Source of the DNA: a virus
Taxonomy: Duplodnaviria > Heunggongvirae > Uroviricota > Caudoviricetes
DNA length: 42,128 nt
IMG/VR virus record: IMGVR_UViG_2744054914_000003
Strand: one strand, 5' to 3'
The position numbers and the translations under genes were made by a program. This document shows positions 39,248 to 42,128 of the stretch, one piece after another. How positions within the stretch are numbered: the first letter of the stretch is position 1; each line of letters opens with the position of its first letter. Below the pieces are notes generated by a model. It was not told the origin of the DNA, did not search any database, and saw only the letters and a program-made list of their open reading frames with translations.

Positions 39248-39821
39248 CGTCCGGCGCTGTGCTGGTATCTGTTGCCGTCACCGCGTCAATGTAATCCAGC
39301 ACAGCGTTAAGTCGGGTGTTTTCTGGCTGCGTCAGCTTCCGCCCAGCCTGTAATTTCAGTTGAATCAGACTGATGGAAGCCATTGCAGCATCAATCAGCG
39401 ACTGGCGCTGTGCTTCTGCCGCTTCTACTGCGGCGCTATGCTGTGCCTCGGTATCGGTCACCCATTTCTCACCATCCCATTTATCGTATGGCGTTAATGG
39501 GGCGATAGTGGTTGTATTTTCGGGGTAATCACCCGGAGTTGTGATTTCTTTGGCGTCTCCCGTTTCGGTGTTATAGACGATTTCTCCGCGATGGTCTGGC
39601 ACATATTCCCATGAGTTTAAATCCGCAGAGCGGCAGATGGCATAACCAGCTTTATATGTTCCTGGTGCATCTAAACAGGAACATGCCGGAATACCGACAC
39701 CAACAGCAAGATATTCAGTTGATGTGGAAATATATTCTCGTGTTTCACCATTATAATTATAGACAGTAATATCCCCCGCCTTCGTGGCAATAAACTCGCT
39801 ATTTAATACGGCATTATCCAT
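39219..39821 (-). CDS. Alternative tail-fibre assembly protein (Tfa'/U'-like), inverted orientation
   Basis: 200-aa ORF with matching Tfa C-terminal motif (LDYIDAVTATDTSTAPDVIWPELP); convergent with and overlapping the plus-strand Tfa. Confidence 0.7.
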   Translation of the reverse strand: MDNAVLNSEFIATKAGDITVYNYNGETREYISTSTEYLAVGVGIPACSCLDAPGTYKAGYAICRSADLNSWEYVPDHRGEIVYNTETGDAKEITTPGDYPENTTTIAPLTPYDKWDGEKWVTDTEAQHSAAVEAAEAQRQSLIDAAMASISLIQLKLQAGRKLTQPENTRLNAVLDYIDAVTATDTSTAPDVIWPELPEA

Positions 39822-40328
39822 TATGCAGCCCTCACGATGTAATTAAATGAAAGGTTACGAGGGCGCATTGATATCCATGCCCCGGTAAAATTATCCTCCG
39901 CTGTCCTTTGAGTACCCGTTATGGAGTTATCTGCTGATGCAGGAACATAATCGCTATTATTTCCTGCTTTAGGATTAGCTGGGTTTCCAACAGTTATAAC
40001 AGAATCAGCAGTAGCAAAAGCGATACCTACTTTGACATTAGTATTCAGATCGTAACCGTAATAATCCTGCAAAGCTGTACGAATAAATGTTGCAGCCTGA
40101 CCACTTAGCAATGAACGCCCCGTATCAATCCCTCTAGAATCATCCCAGCCACGAATAAACTCACCACGTAAATCAGGCAATTTATTTGTCGGGTAAGCCT
40201 TTGCCAGTTCCGGGTATTCTTCAGCAGAAAAAGCTGCTCCGTTGCATTTCAGCCAGCCTGTTGGAGGTGTCTCTGAAGGCCACGGAACAGGTGCACCAAC
40301 AGGTAATGCTGAACCTTCTCCCAAACCA
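39821..40328 (-). CDS. Alternative tail-fibre variable C-terminal segment (Sv'), promoterless until inversion
   Basis: Minus-strand ORF (39821-40369) with tail-collar-like motifs (PVGAPVPWPSETPPTGWLKCNGAAFS...LPDLRGEFIRGWDD); joins the constant part in frame at the crossover site. Confidence 0.65.
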
Positions 40329-40341
40329 ACGTTTAAGAAAA
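40315..40341. repeat. hix/gix-like inversion crossover site (right)
   Basis: Reverse complement reads TTTCTTAAACGTTGGTTTGGGAGAAG; core AAACC-AA-CGTTT, inverted relative to the left site. Confidence 0.7.
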
Positions 40342-40396
40342 TGCAGAGATTACGGCTAACTGGCATCATCCCCGGTTTTTATTCAGGGGATCCATC

Positions 40397-40657
40397 ATGC
40401 TTATTGGCTATGTCCGCGTATCAACAAATGACCAGAATACAGAATTGCAGCGTAACGCGCTGGAGTGCGCAGGATGTGAACTGATTTTTGAAGATAAAAT
40501 CAGCGGAACAAAATCAGCCAGACCGGGATTGAAAAAACTGCTCAGAACGCTATCAGAAGGAGATACGCTGGTTGTCTGGAAGCTGGACAGACTGGGGCGC
40601 AGTGTGCGGCATCTTGTCGTGCTGGTGGAGGAGTTGCGCGAACAAGGTGTTAATTTT
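40397..40657 (+). pseudogene. DNA invertase (Gin/Pin/Hin-family serine recombinase), truncated after about residue 87
   Basis: N-terminal 87 aa (MLIGYVRVSTNDQNT...LDRLGRS...REQGVNF) closely resemble Pin/Gin as recalled; similarity ends at about 40658 where AT-rich DNA begins; ORF runs on unrelated to 40792; C-terminal HTH domain absent. Confidence 0.7.
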
Positions 40658-40678
40658 AGTAGTTATGTTATTACAGGT

Positions 40679-40694
40679 GGGGGATTTCTCCCCC
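40679..40694. other. GC hairpin at the junction between invertase remnant and AT-rich cargo
   Basis: GGGGGA-TTTC-TCCCCC, 6-bp perfect stem, about 20 bp beyond the breakpoint. Confidence 0.35.
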
Positions 40695-40715
40695 TTATGC
40701 AGATTTTCTCGTTAA

Positions 40716-41561
40716 CTATTGGCGAAGTGGCCATATTTTTCTGTTTTTTAAAAAACTATCTTCAACTATATAACTGCAACAATGTTCACTAAGGCCATAA
40801 AAACTAATTATTCCATATTTATGAGAAGCTATATCAGACAGTTCTGCTAATACTGTGGCAAGCCAACGAGCGATGCTAAGAGAATAGAATCTTCCCCACT
40901 TTTGAACAATGGTATTTTGTCCAGTACGGATGGAGGCTGATATAAGGTCTTGCATAATGTTGGTACTTTCATTCATATACATGACCGTTGTATACGGTGA
41001 AAGAGTGGCATTGATAAACCTAGCATTTTCTTCAACACGTCTTTGTTCAACTGTATAATAATAATGTTTTTCAAGGATACTCTCGGCTACTTCTCCCCAC
41101 CATTTATTAATAGGTTCATTATTGGTTAAATTGGGGCTGCTTAATGAGGAGAAATTTGCGTAACGTCCCCGTCGGGCATCAGCAAAGGAATCTAAACATT
41201 CAAGTATTTTGTAGGTAATTTTATGTGTAGGACGTGAATATCTCAGAGATAGTTGCATTTTTTTAGAAATACTATCAACCTCGTTGGTTAATTCAATGAG
41301 CTTGTGTCCAAATTTTCTTACAATATTCTCGTCAGGCATTTTTCCTTTGTGTTCAATGGCATAGTGTGCAACAAGTATTAGTTTAGCAAGTCTCTCAAAA
41401 CCTACAGAAAGCCCAAAAAATGCTGTGTAATATTCACCTATTTTGTCTGCATAATTGGCTTTACCTATGGCTGTTGCCCCAGAACCAATGAGCTGTGTTA
41501 CTAAAGATGCTTCTCGGCCCAGAGCGTGCCATGCTGGAATATCCCAGGGATTTTTATTCAC
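40716..41561 (-). CDS. Hypothetical protein encoded in AT-rich cargo beyond the invertase
   Basis: 281-aa ORF with GTG start (forward CAC at 41559-41561); AT-rich; no motif recognised; does not match my recollection of McrA. Confidence 0.5.
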   Translation of the reverse strand: MNKNPWDIPAWHALGREASLVTQLIGSGATAIGKANYADKIGEYYTAFFGLSVGFERLAKLILVAHYAIEHKGKMPDENIVRKFGHKLIELTNEVDSISKKMQLSLRYSRPTHKITYKILECLDSFADARRGRYANFSSLSSPNLTNNEPINKWWGEVAESILEKHYYYTVEQRRVEENARFINATLSPYTTVMYMNESTNIMQDLISASIRTGQNTIVQKWGRFYSLSIARWLATVLAELSDIASHKYGIISFYGLSEHCCSYIVEDSFLKNRKIWPLRQ

Positions 41562-41689
41562 TTTATTATTTTCCTTTGCTCATAAATTTAAATTGTTTGA
41601 GTATCTCATAAAATATAAGGAGGTGGTTAAGGTTGTTGATCGCATATAATAGCTATTGAAAGTCAAGAACTCGGTTTTATGTTCTACCA

Positions 41690-41728
41690 CTAATTAATAT
41701 ATTGTGAGTCTGACAATATATTAATTAG
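41690..41728. promoter_or_regulatory. Perfect 16-bp inverted repeat with 7-bp spacer (putative operator)
   Basis: CTAATTAATATATTGT-GAGTCTG-ACAATATATTAATTAG, about 130 bp upstream of the 281-aa gene start. Confidence 0.55.
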
Positions 41729-41861
41729 TATGATCAAACCAGCCATCAACTGATTCCTTGTATCTTTCAGAGTCTCCAGAACAAAAGCCTTAACGAATTC
41801 CTTATTTGTGAGTGCATTACAAAAAGCCATTGTTGCAGGGAACGAGTATAAAACTCGCCAG

Positions 41862-42128
41862 CTACTGGAGCAGGCTACCTGATTGTCGATCGATTCCTGC
41901 GTCCATATAGTCGATGGTCTTCTGGAGCTCTTCGATTAGGGCAACAGCTTTTGCTCGAGAAATACATATTAGTTGATCCGGAAATTCTTGTAAGGGCCAG
42001 TTTGGTATACAGGCCATGTTATCAGTGAAGGATGCAGACAAGTAAACTTCATTGGTAACCAGAGAATAGCTTACCTCAAAATTGGTGAGTTCCGGCAAAC
42101 TGCTAACGTTTGACTCTTTTCTGCGCAT
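41862..42128 (-). CDS. Hypothetical small protein
   Basis: 88-aa ORF, ATG at window end (forward CAT at 42126-42128), AT-rich; upstream region lies outside the window. Confidence 0.4.
   Translation of the reverse strand: MRRKESNVSSLPELTNFEVSYSLVTNEVYLSASFTDNMACIPNWPLQEFPDQLICISRAKAVALIEELQKTIDYMDAGIDRQSGSLLQ

Larger units (their letters stand above)
38458..40341. mobile_element. Invertible tail-fibre host-range segment (Mu G / P1 C / e14 P-like): Sv-Tfa (+) and Tfa'-Sv' (-) between inverted crossover sites
   Basis: Inverted sites share an identical 15-bp TTGGTTTGGGAGAAG; both fibre frames read LGLGE through the site in frame; convergent pairs of fibre C-terminus and assembly genes; invertase gene directly adjacent. 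Confidence 0.75.

Noticed and set aside
40716-41561. Identification of the 281-aa protein as McrA, by analogy with e14
   Set aside because: Size is similar but the sequence does not match my recollection of McrA and no HNH-type Cys/His cluster is evident.
41455-41649. 64-aa plus-strand ORF near an AAGGAGGTGG sequence
   Set aside because: The AAGGAGGTGG is inside this ORF rather than upstream of its start, no usable start codon follows it, and the ORF overlaps the 5' end of the better-supported 281-aa minus-strand gene.

Overview
The window is almost entirely one integrated, mosaic prophage of an enterobacterial host, judged from a YfhL-like ferredoxin gene at the left edge and a lambda R-like endolysin. 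All calls rest on reading the six-frame track and the sequence by eye; no database search or computation was run, and family names (DUF numbers, Mu/lambda/e14 homologues) are recalled, not verified. Layout, left to right: host yfhL-like gene (1-261, -); tyrosine integrase (+) and an AlpA/Xis-like gene (-); a leftward early operon carrying a replication/recombination module (SNF2 helicase, VRR-NUC, family-A DNA polymerase, DUF2815-like, DUF2800-like nuclease); a lambdoid immunity switch (CI-like S24 repressor divergent from a Cro-like gene); a Prim-Pol/P-loop primase-helicase whose 3' end carries an iteron-type origin; a Q-like antiterminator, a putative tR' terminator and a lambda-like S-R-Rz/Rz1 lysis cassette; terminase, portal, MuF-like and capsid genes; a contractile-tail and Mu-like baseplate module; and an invertible tail-fibre segment with hix/gix-like crossover sites next to a DNA invertase gene that is truncated. 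Five AT-rich cargo insertions (morons) interrupt this backbone. The most system-like is a three-gene cassette at 3532-5205 (one soluble protein plus two small membrane proteins, own promoter, translationally coupled), which I flag as the best candidate for an undescribed phage-exclusion system. The others are a single membrane-protein gene (8096-8725), a coiled-coil/zinc-ribbon gene in the immunity region (11919-12443), a membrane-protein moron in the tail module (about 34200-35094), and AT-rich cargo that replaces the 3' half of the invertase gene (about 40658 to the window end). No rRNA, tRNA or CRISPR array was seen.
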